Positions 1-12,699 of a stretch of DNA of 64,000 bases are shown here, one piece after another. A model generated the notes under the pieces. That model was not told the DNA's origin. It saw only the letters and a list, made by a program, of their open reading frames with translations, and made no database searches. The DNA is from Polymyxa betae A26-41 (Eukaryota > Protista > Endomyxa: Phytomyxea). Both the position numbers and the translations under genes were made by a program. Every line of letters starts with the position of its first letter. Position 1 is the stretch's first letter. Location of the stretch: the NCBI GenBank assembly GCA_003693705.1, contig RBZT01000790.1, positions 32,033-96,032 of the forward strand, given 5' to 3'.

Positions 1-586
1 CTGTGTTTAGCAGATCGGGGCAGAAGATTCGCGGCAACGACGCCGAGAACTGCCGCGAAATCCATAGTTGCTCCGAATCGTCCGAGCTGGACGTCGCCAC
101 GAAAAACGGCGCCACGCGCACGTCCTGCGACAGGAACATCTCCCGCAACGCTCCATAATAGCTGACGTACCGCCCTAGTAGCCTTTATCAGGCAAGGGGT
201 GAAGGGCGACCTGATGCCGACCGACCCGTATGAACATGCGATAGAATCACGACCGGTTTCGGGGACAGCTCGTTCCGTATCGGGTCCGGGCTCCGAATCC
301 AGCCATGGACCTTGACGAGACCTAGCGCAGCTCAGCACTGCGGGTCCACAACGACCAGGGAAGTCAGACCGGTGGGTTTGGACAGATCCAGTTTGGAGAG
401 GTCCTGAAAGAGGAATGAGAGTGAGGCGGCGAATGGGGGACGGCGGCCTACACGACAATCGGGGGCGCCGGCGATCGACCTAGCCCGGATCACATCGCGA
501 ATGGCGCCGATCAGGTACAGGCCACCGACCGTATGGAGACCGTAGACGACGGTGGCCCAGATCGCATCCGATGTCGACGACTCCAT
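1..586 (-). CDS. Intron-containing gene running off the window edge; N-terminal TM helix, possibly GIDE-domain (MUL1/SP1-like) protein
   Basis: ORF 332..586 has a hydrophobic N-terminus. Downstream exons read LVKVHGWIRSPDPI and DVRVAPFFV, which loosely resemble GIDE-domain segments. Family call is tentative. Confidence 0.35.
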
Positions 587-729
587 CTCCAGGGGATGGA
601 ATCTGTATCTGAGGCTTCTTCTAATTGCGCTGCGTGATGAGAGTGACCTCCATAACCATAACGACTCTCCCTATTCAGCGACTCTATCGCCCTGCCTTCC
701 TGCGACGGCTGCTGGCGTCTGGTCCGTCC

Positions 730-835
730 AGCTGACAGACGCCTTCTCGGGAGTGACAGGACGAAGCTGACAGACGCCTTCTCGGGAGTGACAGGACCAA
801 GCTGACAGACGCCTTCTCGGGGAGTGACGGGACGG
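730..835. repeat. 35-bp minisatellite, about 3 copies
   Basis: AGCTGACAGACGCCTTCTCGGGAGTGACAGGAC.. starts at 730, 765 and 800 with 1-2 differences per copy. Confidence 0.95.
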
Positions 836-857
836 GCATAGATGACGTCGACCTCGA

Positions 858-2459
858 TTATGTAATCCCCTCCGACATGATTGCATCGGTCGTATTGATG
901 ATGGTCCGGTACTGGATCGTGGCCATGGCAGCGGCTGCTCCCGACACCATGATGATGACCGCAGCAAGGCCGAACGAAGCCCAGGCCCCGGACCACATCG
1001 CCAGGCCCGCTGATAGTACGAGAAAGACGACCGAGCCGCAGGCCGATACCTGCACGATCCGCATCAGCTTCGACGCCGTCGTCTCGATCGTTCGCCGCGC
1101 GACGACAACCACGTTGACCTCGGCGAGCTCCGCCGCGTTCATGGCGGCGTGACAATCATGAGCGCTGCGCATTTGTTCTTGCAGCGCTCGCGACTCGCGA
1201 TGGATCAGGAACCAGAGAATGGCGTACACGCCCACGACGACGAACAGTTGGGGTTCGTGGGCGGCCATGGCCGTGATCAAGGCGCTGACCACGAGGACGC
1301 TCAGTACGACGGTCAGGCCGAGACTGAATCGGTCGAGATGGTCGACGGTCCAGAGCATGGCGGCGATCGCCGTCGCATCCGTGGCGGCGACCTGCGCCCC
1401 GGGCGGCGGAATCGCCGGGATTTCCACGCTCTCCTGGTTCGAACCCATCGTGAACGACGACTCGCTGTCTTCCGGCGGCGCCTGCGGCTTCGGCGCCTTC
1501 TTCGGTTTCGCCGGCTGCTTCTTCGGTTTCGATTTCGGCGCAGGGCGGACCGGAGTCGGGGTTCGCGCGTTCTCAATATCGTCGTCCTGGTCGTCGTCGA
1601 AGTTTTCGCGGTTGCCGGACGAGCCCGAATCGGATTCGGTGCGAATATGCGCGAAGATCGATAGGGCGTCAGATTCCGCGGCCGCCTCTGAATCGTCGTA
1701 CCGATTTCGAACTGGAGACGGCTGCGTATGGACGGGAGCTGAACGCCTTTCGGGCGTTTTCGTGCGGGTGTTCTTCGGCGGTGCCCTGCCATCATCGTGA
1801 CGTCGTCGTACCGGGGCCTGCTGCCTCTCCGAGTGTGCGTTGTGCGACGGCTCCGAATCGTTGTCGAACGTTCTTCGATGAGAAGGCGTCTGATGATGGT
1901 TTGTCATACGTCGATCGCCCCGATTCGTGTTTCGTGGCGCCTCCAGATCGTCGTAGAGGTCACGATGGCGCTGATGCGTCGCTGGTCGCGAGTTCGCCGA
2001 GCGCGTGTCTTCCCAATAGTCGTCATAGTCGTCGTGGCGGCGTTGCTGCGGCGCTTGTCGTGCCTTGGCTGATTCCCAGCGTCGTGTGTCGTCATCGGAA
2101 TCGTCGAGATGGTATGGCGGGTGTCGCTGGCGGTTCGCTGACGTCCACGAAGGTTGTTTTCGAGGCGGTGCCGGGTCCGTCATGTGCCGGGCTCTCGTTC
2201 TTTGCCCATGCGGCTGGGGCTGCCAGAGATCTTCGTCGTCGTCGAAATTGATACGAGTAGGTCGAGCCTGTTGTGATTCGTCGTCGTCGTAGCCGCGATA
2301 TCGGGATGGCTGCGACGTCCTGTTGGACTGAGCGCGGCGTTCCCGCCCATACGCCCGGTCGTCATCGATCAAAGACGGCGACGAACGTCTTCGGTAGACG
2401 TCGCGACGATGGTAGTGCCGGTCCACGTCGTATGGATTCGGGTCGTCATCGTCGAACAT
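858..2459 (-). CDS. Hypothetical protein: long D/R-rich disordered N-terminus plus about 4 C-terminal TM helices
   Basis: 533-aa uninterrupted GC-rich ORF; hydrophobic segments near the C-terminus. Confidence 0.75.
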   Translation of the reverse strand: MFDDDDPNPYDVDRHYHRRDVYRRRSSPSLIDDDRAYGRERRAQSNRTSQPSRYRGYDDDESQQARPTRINFDDDEDLWQPQPHGQRTRARHMTDPAPPRKQPSWTSANRQRHPPYHLDDSDDDTRRWESAKARQAPQQRRHDDYDDYWEDTRSANSRPATHQRHRDLYDDLEAPRNTNRGDRRMTNHHQTPSHRRTFDNDSEPSHNAHSERQQAPVRRRHDDGRAPPKNTRTKTPERRSAPVHTQPSPVRNRYDDSEAAAESDALSIFAHIRTESDSGSSGNRENFDDDQDDDIENARTPTPVRPAPKSKPKKQPAKPKKAPKPQAPPEDSESSFTMGSNQESVEIPAIPPPGAQVAATDATAIAAMLWTVDHLDRFSLGLTVVLSVLVVSALITAMAAHEPQLFVVVGVYAILWFLIHRESRALQEQMRSAHDCHAAMNAAELAEVNVVVVARRTIETTASKLMRIVQVSACGSVVFLVLSAGLAMWSGAWASFGLAAVIIMVSGAAAAMATIQYRTIINTTDAIMSEGIT

Positions 2460-2974
2460 AGAAGCGACTAAACATTGAATGGCACGCGACCATCAGGACA
2501 ATGTTGTGTGTATGAGAGCAAAAATTACCGAATGCTTCGTGAGGCCAGTGTTGGCTCATTCCCATTAAACTCGCTTCACTTCTGATGTCCCCTATAGTCC
2601 ATGGGATTTACTTTGCGAATAAATCTGACTGTTTTTTTCCACCTTGATAACGTCAATCGGGTCTGGTCCTGACCGAAAACCTGAACAGAGCGGTATTCTG
2701 GCTCATGGCCAGGCAGGATGTTGACCTGCCGCGCTGCCTTCGCTTTCCATCTCGTGCCTTCGAATTTGTTCCGCTTCTGGCTGCAGCGAACCGAAGGTCC
2801 GCGCAGTCTACTTGCTGTTGCTGTTGGCTGGGATGAGCCTTACATGGGTGGGCTGCTGGTCGCCCCAGCTCATGAGAATCTCGGCGCGGCCCCATCTCAA
2901 GTCGTCTCTATGACGAAGCTTCAACTTCGAGCTCATTGCAGTTTCGGTCGACTGAATTGTGGCAGCGCTCGACC

Positions 2975-5393
2975 ATGCAGGACGCCGGCGCTAGTCAGGC
3001 TCTGCTGCCAGCTCCGGTTACTAATGTGGCTCACGCGGAACTGGGACCAGACCTTGACACATTCGATTGCTTCGAGTCGAACTCACTCGTGCGTCGGCTA
3101 GAGATTCGTAGCCGAACGAACTCGTTTTTCAGGAACCATGCATTGATTCGGTGGTTTCTGATCATGGTCGTGGCGATTTTCACAGCTTTAACCGCTCTTC
3201 TGGTTTGGGTTTTGTCTCGAGCGATTTCAGGCGAAAAGTACCGAATTGTCAGAGGTCTGATTGCTTCTGGAACTGTTGCAGAAACCATCTTGGTCCATTG
3301 CAGCTTATCTTTTATGCTAGCTTCGGCTGCAGCTTTCTTATGTGCATATATCGAACCGGTCGCTGCAGGCTCCGGTATTCCTGTGATCAAATGCGTTTTG
3401 AACGGGCTTAAGCTTCCACGCGTCGTTCGACTCAAGACGCTATTTGTGAAGGCGCTGGGTGTGGCGTTTTCTGTTTCTGCTGGGCTCCCTGTAGGCATCG
3501 AAGGGCCTATGATTCATTGTGGTGCAATCTGTGGTGCTGGTGTCTCGCAGGGAAAATCGACCGTCTTCGGCATTAATACTTCGTTCACGAAATTTCCTGG
3601 TTTTCGCAACGATAAAGAGAAACGAGACTTTATCTCAGCTGGAGCGGCTTCTGGCGTCGCTTGTGCGTTCGGGGCGCCAATTGGAGGAGTGCTTTTCAGT
3701 CTTGAAGAAGGGTCTTCATTTTGGAACCAGAAACTGACGTGGCGGACGTTCTTCTGTTCGATGATGTCGTATTTCGTATTGGCGATGTTCACGTCAGCAT
3801 TGGTCGACAACAATACTTGGGGCAAGCTCAACGATTCGTCGATGTTTACTTTCGGAGACTTCACCGCGATGGGCCAGAACGAATTCACATATTCTGCCTA
3901 TGAGCTTCCTGTTTTCGTTTTGATTGGCGCTTTTGGCGGTCTCGTTGGAGCGCTTTACAACCATTGCAACATGCTGATTGCGAAATGGCGCCGTATCAAT
4001 GTCGCCTCGCCTCTTCGTAAAATAGCAGAGGCTGGTCTGACGGCCTTCGCATTTGCTGCTATGACGTTCGGCCTGTGTTTGATGAACCGGTATCATTGCA
4101 AGGGATTGGTAACAGCCCATGAGAAGATTCGAGGGCAGCTCGTCCGGTTTTATTGCCCTGCAAGCTATTTCAACCCGTTGGCATCACTTCTGCTAAACCC
4201 GTTTGATGAGTCCATCAAGCTTCTATTCCACGCCTCATTTGAGTTCGATTACTCGGAATTGTTTATTGTGTTTATGCTGATTTTAATCGCTTCATGCTGG
4301 TGCTATGGCATGTCTATCCCTTCCGGTCTCTTCGTTCCGACTTTATTGTGCGGGGCTTGTTCAGGTCGCGTTGTTGGCCAACTGCTTAATGCCTACGCGC
4401 CGATCTCCACTGTTGATGCGGGGACATACTCGTTAATTGGGGCTGCCTCTGTTCTCGGAGGGATGTCACGCATGACGATATCGCTAACTGTTATTTTGAT
4501 CGAGGTATGCTTGCTGGAAATGGCTCAATATCCTTTATGCTCATCGCGTTTCTAAGTGTACCGGTGATATCCAGTATGGTCTGCCGATTATGATAACCTT
4601 GATGACCGCCAGGTGGGTTGGTGAATGCTTCAACGAAGGTCTTTACGACATTCATATTCACCTTAACGGATGGCAATTTTTGGAGTTTGATCCTCCACCG
4701 ATTGCCCAATATTTGCTCGCCTTTGACATCATGAGCATCGAGCCGATATACTTTCGAGAAGTCGAGACTGTTGGGAGAATCGTTCAAGTACTCAGGTCTG
4801 AATGACATTCTCTTTCACCATTATTGTCTAATCAGGGTCTTAGTAATTGCCCGCATAACGGGTTTCCTGTTGTGGATAGGTCAGAGTTGCCGCAAGGAGC
4901 GTCCATGCCTGCATTCAGAGGGCTGATAAAAAGGCAGCAACTAACTGTCCTTTTGCAAGCAAGATGTTTCTGTAAAGATATTCCACAGCCGTATAAGTCT
5001 CCTCCAAGAATTCATCATATGGCGATGGAAGCATCGTATCCTAGGTATCCGGCTATTGAAGACGTATGCTTGTCTTCGGAAGATCTTGATTATTACGTTG
5101 ACCTAACACCATATATGGATCCCGCTCCATATGTTATGCAGCAGTTAGCGCCTGCTTCCACAGTATTTCGCCTCTACAGGACAATGGGATTAAGACATAT
5201 TCCCGTTGTAACTAAGACCAACCGCTTGGTTGGTATAATCACCCGCAAGGATCTCACTCATATTCGTTTCCGTCGCCAACTTAAAGAGCTTATCAGCGAC
5301 CAAGGGGCTGTTGGCGATCATGTTGACTGGATCGATGATGTTTCACAATACGAATTCGTGAGAAGTTTCCTGGAGCGAAATCAACAGCACTAG
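2975..5393 (+). CDS. CLC chloride channel / Cl-H+ antiporter (ClC-6/7-like) with C-terminal CBS domains; spliced
   Basis: Motifs GSGIP, GIEGP, FGAPIGGVLFSLEE, GLFVP, HNGFPVV, GLRHIPVV..LVGIITRKD; introns near 4506-4556 and 4796-4835; start approximate. Confidence 0.95.
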
Positions 5394-5543
5394 AATATGA
5401 ATGGACTCCTATAATACTTGATTCGAATTTATTAATAAATACTGTACATACAGGATTCTCCACCCTCGACCGCTGCTTACCACGATACGGTTAGGAGGAC
5501 TACTATCGTTGCTGGTCAAAAGTCTCGATAAGCAATGGCAAAC

Positions 5544-8500
5544 TACACGAATATACGATCGGCGAACACCCAGCCTATCATAATGTTCAGAAGGTGTTAA
5601 TCATTCAGTTAACAAAATCCCAACCTGCTCACATCTGCATATTAACTCAAACATAAACCGCCCGATGGCGATGAAGCACACATTTAAAGTTAGATGAGCG
5701 CAAGAATCGGGCTGGATCAAACCCAGGTTGTGGTCCCAGCTGCCTGCATGCAAAATTGGGCAATTCAAATTATGTGGACCATTATTAAACCTGTCCATAG
5801 AAGCCGATGCTTTAGGTCATAATCAAATTGCCCAGATGATTGCTGAAAGCTCGGTCGAACTTTGACAGTCATCGACATTGGAGTTGCTCGTCGAACTGAA
5901 AGTAAAACTTTGATATTGACAAACTGCCCTCGTCTATCGTGACGGTTAATACAGCAAAGCAATTTTGCAAGAATACATACGGGTACAAATGATGATAGCC
6001 GCCAGTTATCAAATAATCCGAATTAAGCCGAAAATTTGGGCTGTGCAAACAAGGTGAAACCGGGGAAGAAATTGCCCTACAACAGGTTTGAAAAAGGTAA
6101 AAGTCTTCAATGTGAATCATACGTGGTCGTAGAGCTGGCAGATCGCCGATGAGGATCGTAAGATCCATCCAGTTCAAACTATTCAGAAGATAAGAATGTG
6201 GTATATTTAGACACAACTGAATGACCTGGAAAACGAAAGGATCTGGAACAATATAACGAAGATGTGATGGGGTAATCAGGGAGGCAGGAATGGCGATTTG
6301 ACCATCTACCAGCGTAGAGCAACACTTCTACCATATTGATTATCACGACAATGCAATGCGGCCGTTGAAATTCGGACCTTCCAGTTAAAGACAATCATAC
6401 TGAGGAGCTGGTTTCGGCAACTAACGTATTCTTCAACCTTACCTGTGGAATCATGCATGATGTTAGCATCGCTAGCTACGACATCATCAGAATTTGATAG
6501 AACATTAACTGAGACGAACCCAAGGCAACGATACGTTCGTCAATTTTAACGCCAAAAGATTTTCTTCGGAATGGGAATATAATTCTTTCGGTTGAGAAAG
6601 CTTCTACTTCGTACTTTAACTCCTCTGATTGATAAGACTTAGTGGTAATACTGAATAACGTAGTGGTATTACTGTGGCCGGGGACGCTGACAGAGAATCT
6701 GAAATCCGCACTGTTCACGACTTCACAAATGACCATGCAATCTTCCGGCCCGAATGAAGCCCTAAGAAGACCTAGTGTTCTTCAGCATCGCGAACAAAAG
6801 ATATAGGAGAAGAAACCTTCTGAACAGGTAGGAAACTTCCCAGAAAGCTGATATTGAGCAACCGGGTACACCTTTTCAGACACTGACACAAGAAATAAGG
6901 GCATCAAGGTCGCCACTCACCTCAAATGAACGGATAGAGAGCCCGGAATCCACGACGATTGGAAGCCTGAATGTGAGCTCTCGATACATTTCTGAGTGCT
7001 TCTCTGCAGCATATACTGCTTTGACATTGCATGATCCACTGTTGCAATAATATGAGAAAAATAAAACGGACTCGTAAAAACAAATACATTTTTTGCATAC
7101 AGCAATCGACAACAACATAGACCGATGCAGATTGGCCAGGGCGCAGAATAAGATCGGAATCCTGTTTAAGCTCCAACATGGCAGAATCTGTGCAGTTTGA
7201 GTCCTCAAAGATGAGATTGATGTCGTTAGCAGCCACTTCTCCAACATTGTGCAAAACCATCGGCATTGATAACGCCTGAATATGGATAAATACAGAATTT
7301 CTATTAATACGTAATCGCTCAGCGATACCTGACCGAAAAATCCCCGATAAGTATCTGATATTTGAACCTTCAGTAGAGGAACAGCAGAGCATATCCGAAT
7401 AGGAACAGGATTATCCAAGAGCCTGAGAAGTTTTCCAAAAATTATTGAGCGATTGACGGGTAGTGATAGCAGCTGTTCAATACCTGTCGATTTTGTGATG
7501 CGTCTCGATACCAAATAAACGAACCGAAACATTGGATAATTGAATAATTCCAACAGAAAGGGGAAGTATGGCAATACGAACGTTGTTTTCCTCCAATGGT
7601 TTCAGCGTAAGGGATATGGGGAAAGATTCGTAATCAGCATTGTCGCATTCAATAAACAAGGAGGAAATAGGAAGCTCTGAGTACCAATTATTTTCGAATC
7701 AATCACATAGACTAAAGGCTAACAGTACGATACCGATTAGGAGCGGATTACGAACTGTTACGTCGACATAAAGAAACTGCCCGACTGACAGATCGAAAGA
7801 CTTTGCACCTTTCGGCTGACCTCTTTCTGGAGACATTGCTGAAGGACGAAACAAGAACACGTCATCATCTTGATTGGTTACAGCCCGACTGGGTTTGGAA
7901 CGTTGTGGTTCTCTACATGGCGATCAGAGATTGTGCATGAATTTGCAGCAGAAACACCTTGATTTAGGAATAAGATGTGCCTCGATTGGCAGGATTTTTA
8001 ATCGAGTTATAACCGGCACCCCGATCATTTCGATATTTTGTGTCTTCGGGACCAAAGGAACGAATCGACACAAATCGCTTACTGCGATTTTGTGAGTTTG
8101 GGTATGAGCTCATACTACATCAGCCATACCAATCGCTTTTTGTCGAACTGAAGATTTCACTCTGGTCAACAACTGAGTTAGGTACATACAGACGTTGCTG
8201 AAACGGTTCGTGGCCTGGGCAGACGCTACCAACTCTGAAAGTATTGGAATCTGTAAGGCCTTCCAAGAACGCTGCGAAGATGACTCGTTCAAGTCGTAAA
8301 CTTGCGAGCATAGAAGCGACTGCATACATATAAGAATGAATAAGGCAGCCCGGACGGCGATATCTACCAATGAGAAAGATTCGTGCCATCTCTCTTTCTG
8401 TGCGAACAGCAAAGCCGCCTCTCTCATAAACATCCCGAACTTCCGTTTAGCTCCTTGCAATTGCGACAGTATGGCACTTTCGATCACAACGCTGATCCGG

Positions 8501-9763
8501 TCGTTGATTGGAATAGAGCCACACAGCTCGAACGCCCGGGACAAATAATCTAAAAAACGTCAGCTCGTTGGTATTAATGAGCATTTCTTCGAACTTTGGG
8601 ATTCGACAGGCTGATGATGAGACGCAGAGAATCGGGCCAATTTGAGAAATGCCTCGATTCGGAGCGATTCCGTGTCTGGACGGTGAGCATAATTTCTGAT
8701 CGCTTTATCGATGAGCGCGACTCGATCGTCATAGGACGCGGTGGGATCGCAACAAGCGAGCCCTTCCAGAGCGGCACCTCTCCAAACAAGGTCGCCGGAC
8801 GACTTGGTAGCATCGATCGCGGCCAAATACAGTTCTCGAGCGTCGCTCACAATTCCACTGAGCAGACTGTAATCCGCTGAAATTTTTGAAATGCGTCCCT
8901 AAAGACAAATTAGAGCTGGAAATCAAGATACATGGCGGCTACGGGTAGCAAACGCTTTTTTTTGGCAGGATCGTGCGCGACGGGTTTATCAGACGAAATG
9001 TATGGAAGCTCCTGTGATGAGCTCAAAGCCCTGGCAGCTTCCAACATCTCCTAAAAGCACGGTTGGAGGCTAAACCGGTGCGATTCGAGATTACTGCTGA
9101 CACAGATTAGACGTTCGACCACGTCCATCACCAACGTATTCATGTAGAACTGCAAATGCTTCGTATCCGCATTCGGCACCCTAAAGTTCACAATCACTAA
9201 CTCTATGCATGTATGTTAAGAGCCATACATAACGAGATTTTGCCTCTCCATGAGGTCCTGTTGTGAATCAAGCGGCTCAAACGCAAAACACCGCTTCACT
9301 AAGGCACCCGGGAATTGCTTCATCGCCGATACGAATTCTTCATGCGGAACGTCCAGGTCGGGGTTTGAAGGGCAATGAACGACACCGATTACAGCTAGGA
9401 CCTTCCTGTGAAGATATATCGAATCCCAAGGCGACTCTAACCCATATTAACAGAAGCTTGCTTTACCAGAAAAAAAGGAAGAAATACCGAACAGTCTGGG
9501 ATTATCACTGAAATTGAGAAGAATATAATCGGTGTTTCTGGAGATGTTCTTGAATGGATTGTGTGCCGGAAGTGTCAGCATACTCAGATCATATCTTCGA
9601 TTCCGCTTCACAACGTTCTGTAGCTTTTCATGAAAACCAAGCTCACAACCAGCATCTTTCCCACCATATACTTATCCATGCCCTCGGGTGGAAGCCGCCC
9701 GACAGTGAAGACCGCGATCAGGATAGACCGGGTCGCCTCCAGGTCCGACCAAGCATCGATCAT
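5544..9763 (-). CDS. TRAPPC9: TRAPP II subunit Trs120/TRAPPC9-like; many introns
   Basis: Exons encode GDLVWRGAALEG, GAKRKF and W..LQ..IL, followed by beta-sandwich-like segments; ends approximate. Confidence 0.75.
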
Positions 9764-10294
9764 GGCGGCCTAGGCCAGCCACCGTCGACGGTTGCAGAAT
9801 CGCGCACCGCCGGCGTCTTTCTACCTATAAACACTTTAATATTTGAAAAGTCTGTTATGGATGTGGGATGTCTTGATGACATGGGCGGGCCGCGTCCCCG
9901 AACGTTTCTTCAGTCAAAATTTGCTCAGAGAACCTGCGAGAATTATCATTGTTGGTTGTGTAAGGCGCAATGGTAAGCATTCATCTCTGGCATTCTTCTC
10001 GCCATCCTTGAAGTCTCCGGCAGTAGCATCGCCGGCTTCGGATTCTCGTCTGGTTAACGACGGGTAACGGTAATCAGACCATGATGTTCAGCAGAAATGA
10101 GTTAGAAGAAGTTGCCCAAGCGCCAGCTGATAGAGAATCAGAAGCTTATGACATCAATCTGGAAATGTTATTCAGTTTGCTCGAATCTAAATTTCAATCT
10201 CTGAGTAAGATTCACAAACCCTCCTGCAAAAGGGTACACTTCATTTAACTATTCCAACAGTTTTTTTGTTTATGTACAGTATTTCTCCAACGTT

Positions 10295-11458
10295 TTAGAA
10301 CCCTCCTACAAGAGCATTGCTCTTATAAGCCTGATCTACTTCTCTGTCGTCAAATGTCTTTAACGTCGACGAAGCTGCTTTCCTAGCAGCGCTGTTGGCA
10401 ACACCAGCCTCGGCTAGTCGATCATATCCGTTCACGAGACGCGACGCTTGCTGTCCGTTGCTGACCTCACCACCGGGAGCAGCATCAGCGATGCCGACCT
10501 CCTGCTGCTGCGATCCGCTTGCCCAATGGTTATCAAGCGCCCTCATGTTGGCAGAGTTGATGACCCGGCTCTCCTCCGAATCGCCATGTTGCAGGGCGCC
10601 TTGCTTCGACTCCAGATGTTGTGCAGCTACTGAACGTCCAGCAGAAGCCCCGGCAGGCCCAACCAGAATAGCATCGTTAGCAGCAACTTTCGCTGTTGTT
10701 TGCTTGTTATAGGCTTCGTTCAAGTTGTTGGCATTACGATCAGCAAGAACAGACTTCTTGGCTGAGTTGATGCCCCGTTCACGAGACTCTTCAAATTCGG
10801 CCGCCTCCGACCCACCGGTTCCCAGAGCTGCTCCAAAAGGGGAAAACCGCTCGCCTACCGATGCAAACTTGGCGGCATCCTTTTTCGAAGCACCGCGATC
10901 AAACTGCTCCGAGATGAGAGAATCTTCTTCCAGATGCTGGTCGATGTGATCGGCGTCCGAGGTCGCCTGTTCACGTCCTTGTAAGAGATTATGGTAGGAA
11001 GACCCAGCTCCAGCTACAGGGCCGCCAATCAATGCATCAGATGCTACAGTTCCTTGAACGATTCCAGTGTCTAAAGCAGAACTGGTCTGGCGCCCATTCT
11101 GGTCGACGAGCCGCGAGTTCGAAGTAATCAAGGCTCCGCGATCAAAATCGGTGATCAGGGATTTCGAGTTGGAACCTGAAGATCCGGCTGCAGCGCCAAA
11201 CGGACTTCCACCAGCGCCGATATTAACGGATTGGCTTGCCGCGCCAATCGCATTCGCCCGATCATAAGAGGCGACGTTCGAGTTCGAGTCAAACTGATCT
11301 GCATGGTCGTTGTTCTGGAGGTTAAAACCTTTGCGATATCGATCGAATTGGTTTTCTCGCATACTGCCTGCATTTCCAGGTATGAAGAGCAGAGGTTCGG
11401 ATAGGATGGTTGGTGTAATAGCCAACAAGGAGAGCAGGGTGAAGACGTGTAGACTCAT
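10295..11458 (-). CDS. Secreted Cys-free G/A/S/N/Q-rich protein with internal repeats
   Basis: 387-aa intronless ORF, signal-peptide-like N-terminus, repeated FDR..SPFGAA..DA..GP..GA blocks. Confidence 0.85.
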   Translation of the reverse strand: MSLHVFTLLSLLAITPTILSEPLLFIPGNAGSMRENQFDRYRKGFNLQNNDHADQFDSNSNVASYDRANAIGAASQSVNIGAGGSPFGAAAGSSGSNSKSLITDFDRGALITSNSRLVDQNGRQTSSALDTGIVQGTVASDALIGGPVAGAGSSYHNLLQGREQATSDADHIDQHLEEDSLISEQFDRGASKKDAAKFASVGERFSPFGAALGTGGSEAAEFEESRERGINSAKKSVLADRNANNLNEAYNKQTTAKVAANDAILVGPAGASAGRSVAAQHLESKQGALQHGDSEESRVINSANMRALDNHWASGSQQQEVGIADAAPGGEVSNGQQASRLVNGYDRLAEAGVANSAARKAASSTLKTFDDREVDQAYKSNALVGGF

Positions 11459-11962
11459 CTAGACAAAATTGAGCTGATCTGAATATTAGCAAGATCGATT
11501 TGGACTGGAGCCGGTTGCAGAAGGATCCCTCTTCAAAATCACGGCGAATGCCATTCGCCACAAAGAGAGTTTATGGGTCATCCGCTTTCCCATGCTCCGA
11601 TGGCCGAAAATCATTGAGGTCGTCTCAAACTGCTTTAATATTTATATGTAGCAATTACATCAACATGCATTAGCCGAATGCTATTTTACAATAATATCAG
11701 AATTGTTATTAGACACTTTTTCGTACGGAACGACAAAATCACTAGCAAAGCCAGAAACCATCAGTGAAGTCATGAAACGACTGAACGGAATTGAAGTTAT
11801 GTGTACCTAGCTGTAGGATTCACGTTGCAGGTAGACAATGACAAGCTGATGTTTATCATATAAGAGAATTGTAGCAGTAAAATTGGAACGATTATCAGCC
11901 CCAATCATAACTTCGATCGTCTTCGCAGTTTCTTCGTTCTGACCGGCGACGTCACGGAAGCG

Positions 11963-12698
11963 ATGCTTGCGTCGACCACCGATTGGCAGGCCCGCAGCCT
12001 TCGTCGTCTGTGCGAATGCCAGGTCTGTGAGCGTGACGGGCCGCAATCGTCGCACATCGATGGCTCCCACGACCAGGCGCTGTCGCAGCGCTTCACTATC
12101 GCCGGCCGACTTCTGCAGATTCGCGGCGGCACGACAAAATGCGCCCGTGTGTTGGCCCGCTGGCTCGAAGAGCATGCCGGCGAGCTCAATCTGACTGCCA
12201 AGGATGTCGTCGAGGTCGGCAGCGGGACCGGGCTCGTCGGCCTCGCGCTGGCTCAGCTCGGGGCGCGATCCGTCTTCTTGACCGATCAGGAGCCCGTCCT
12301 CGAGATCGTCCAGGATAGCATCGATCGCAACGATTGCGGCCCGGGTGTACAGGCCCGTGCGCTGTACTGGTCTGCTCGGGCGGCTTATGATGTGTTTGTG
12401 ATTGCTGAGCGCTGGCTGCAGGGGCGATCCGGTGCCGGACGACCTGAAAGGGAAGGCGTTGGTGATCGGATCGGATCTGATCTTCGCCAAGGAGAATATC
12501 CCATTGCTGCTGACAACCTTTGATCAGATGTGTACGACGCCGGCGCAGGACGTCCTGTTCGCCCATATTGATCGGTTCCAATGGGAGGCCGACTTCTTCG
12601 TTGGCATGACAGCCCTGCGATTCGAGACGCAACTGCTGGCCAGCGAAGACGATATCCGTATCTATCGGTTTCGACGAACGAACCAGCAGAATGTATAA
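11963..12698 (+). CDS. METTL21/family-16-like SAM-dependent lysine methyltransferase
   Basis: VVEVGSGTGLVG motif I, LTDQ, VIGSDLIF; one intron near 12369-12421. Confidence 0.85.
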
Positions 12699-12699
12699 A

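Noticed and set aside
730-835. 35-bp repeats as CRISPR
   Set aside because: No unique spacers; simple tandem repeat
511-2461. Many long overlapping or antisense ORFs here and at 13.6-15.7, 24.8-26.3 and 41.4-42.8 kb
   Set aside because: Expected shadow ORFs of GC-rich coding sequence; Arg/Pro-rich translations without motifs
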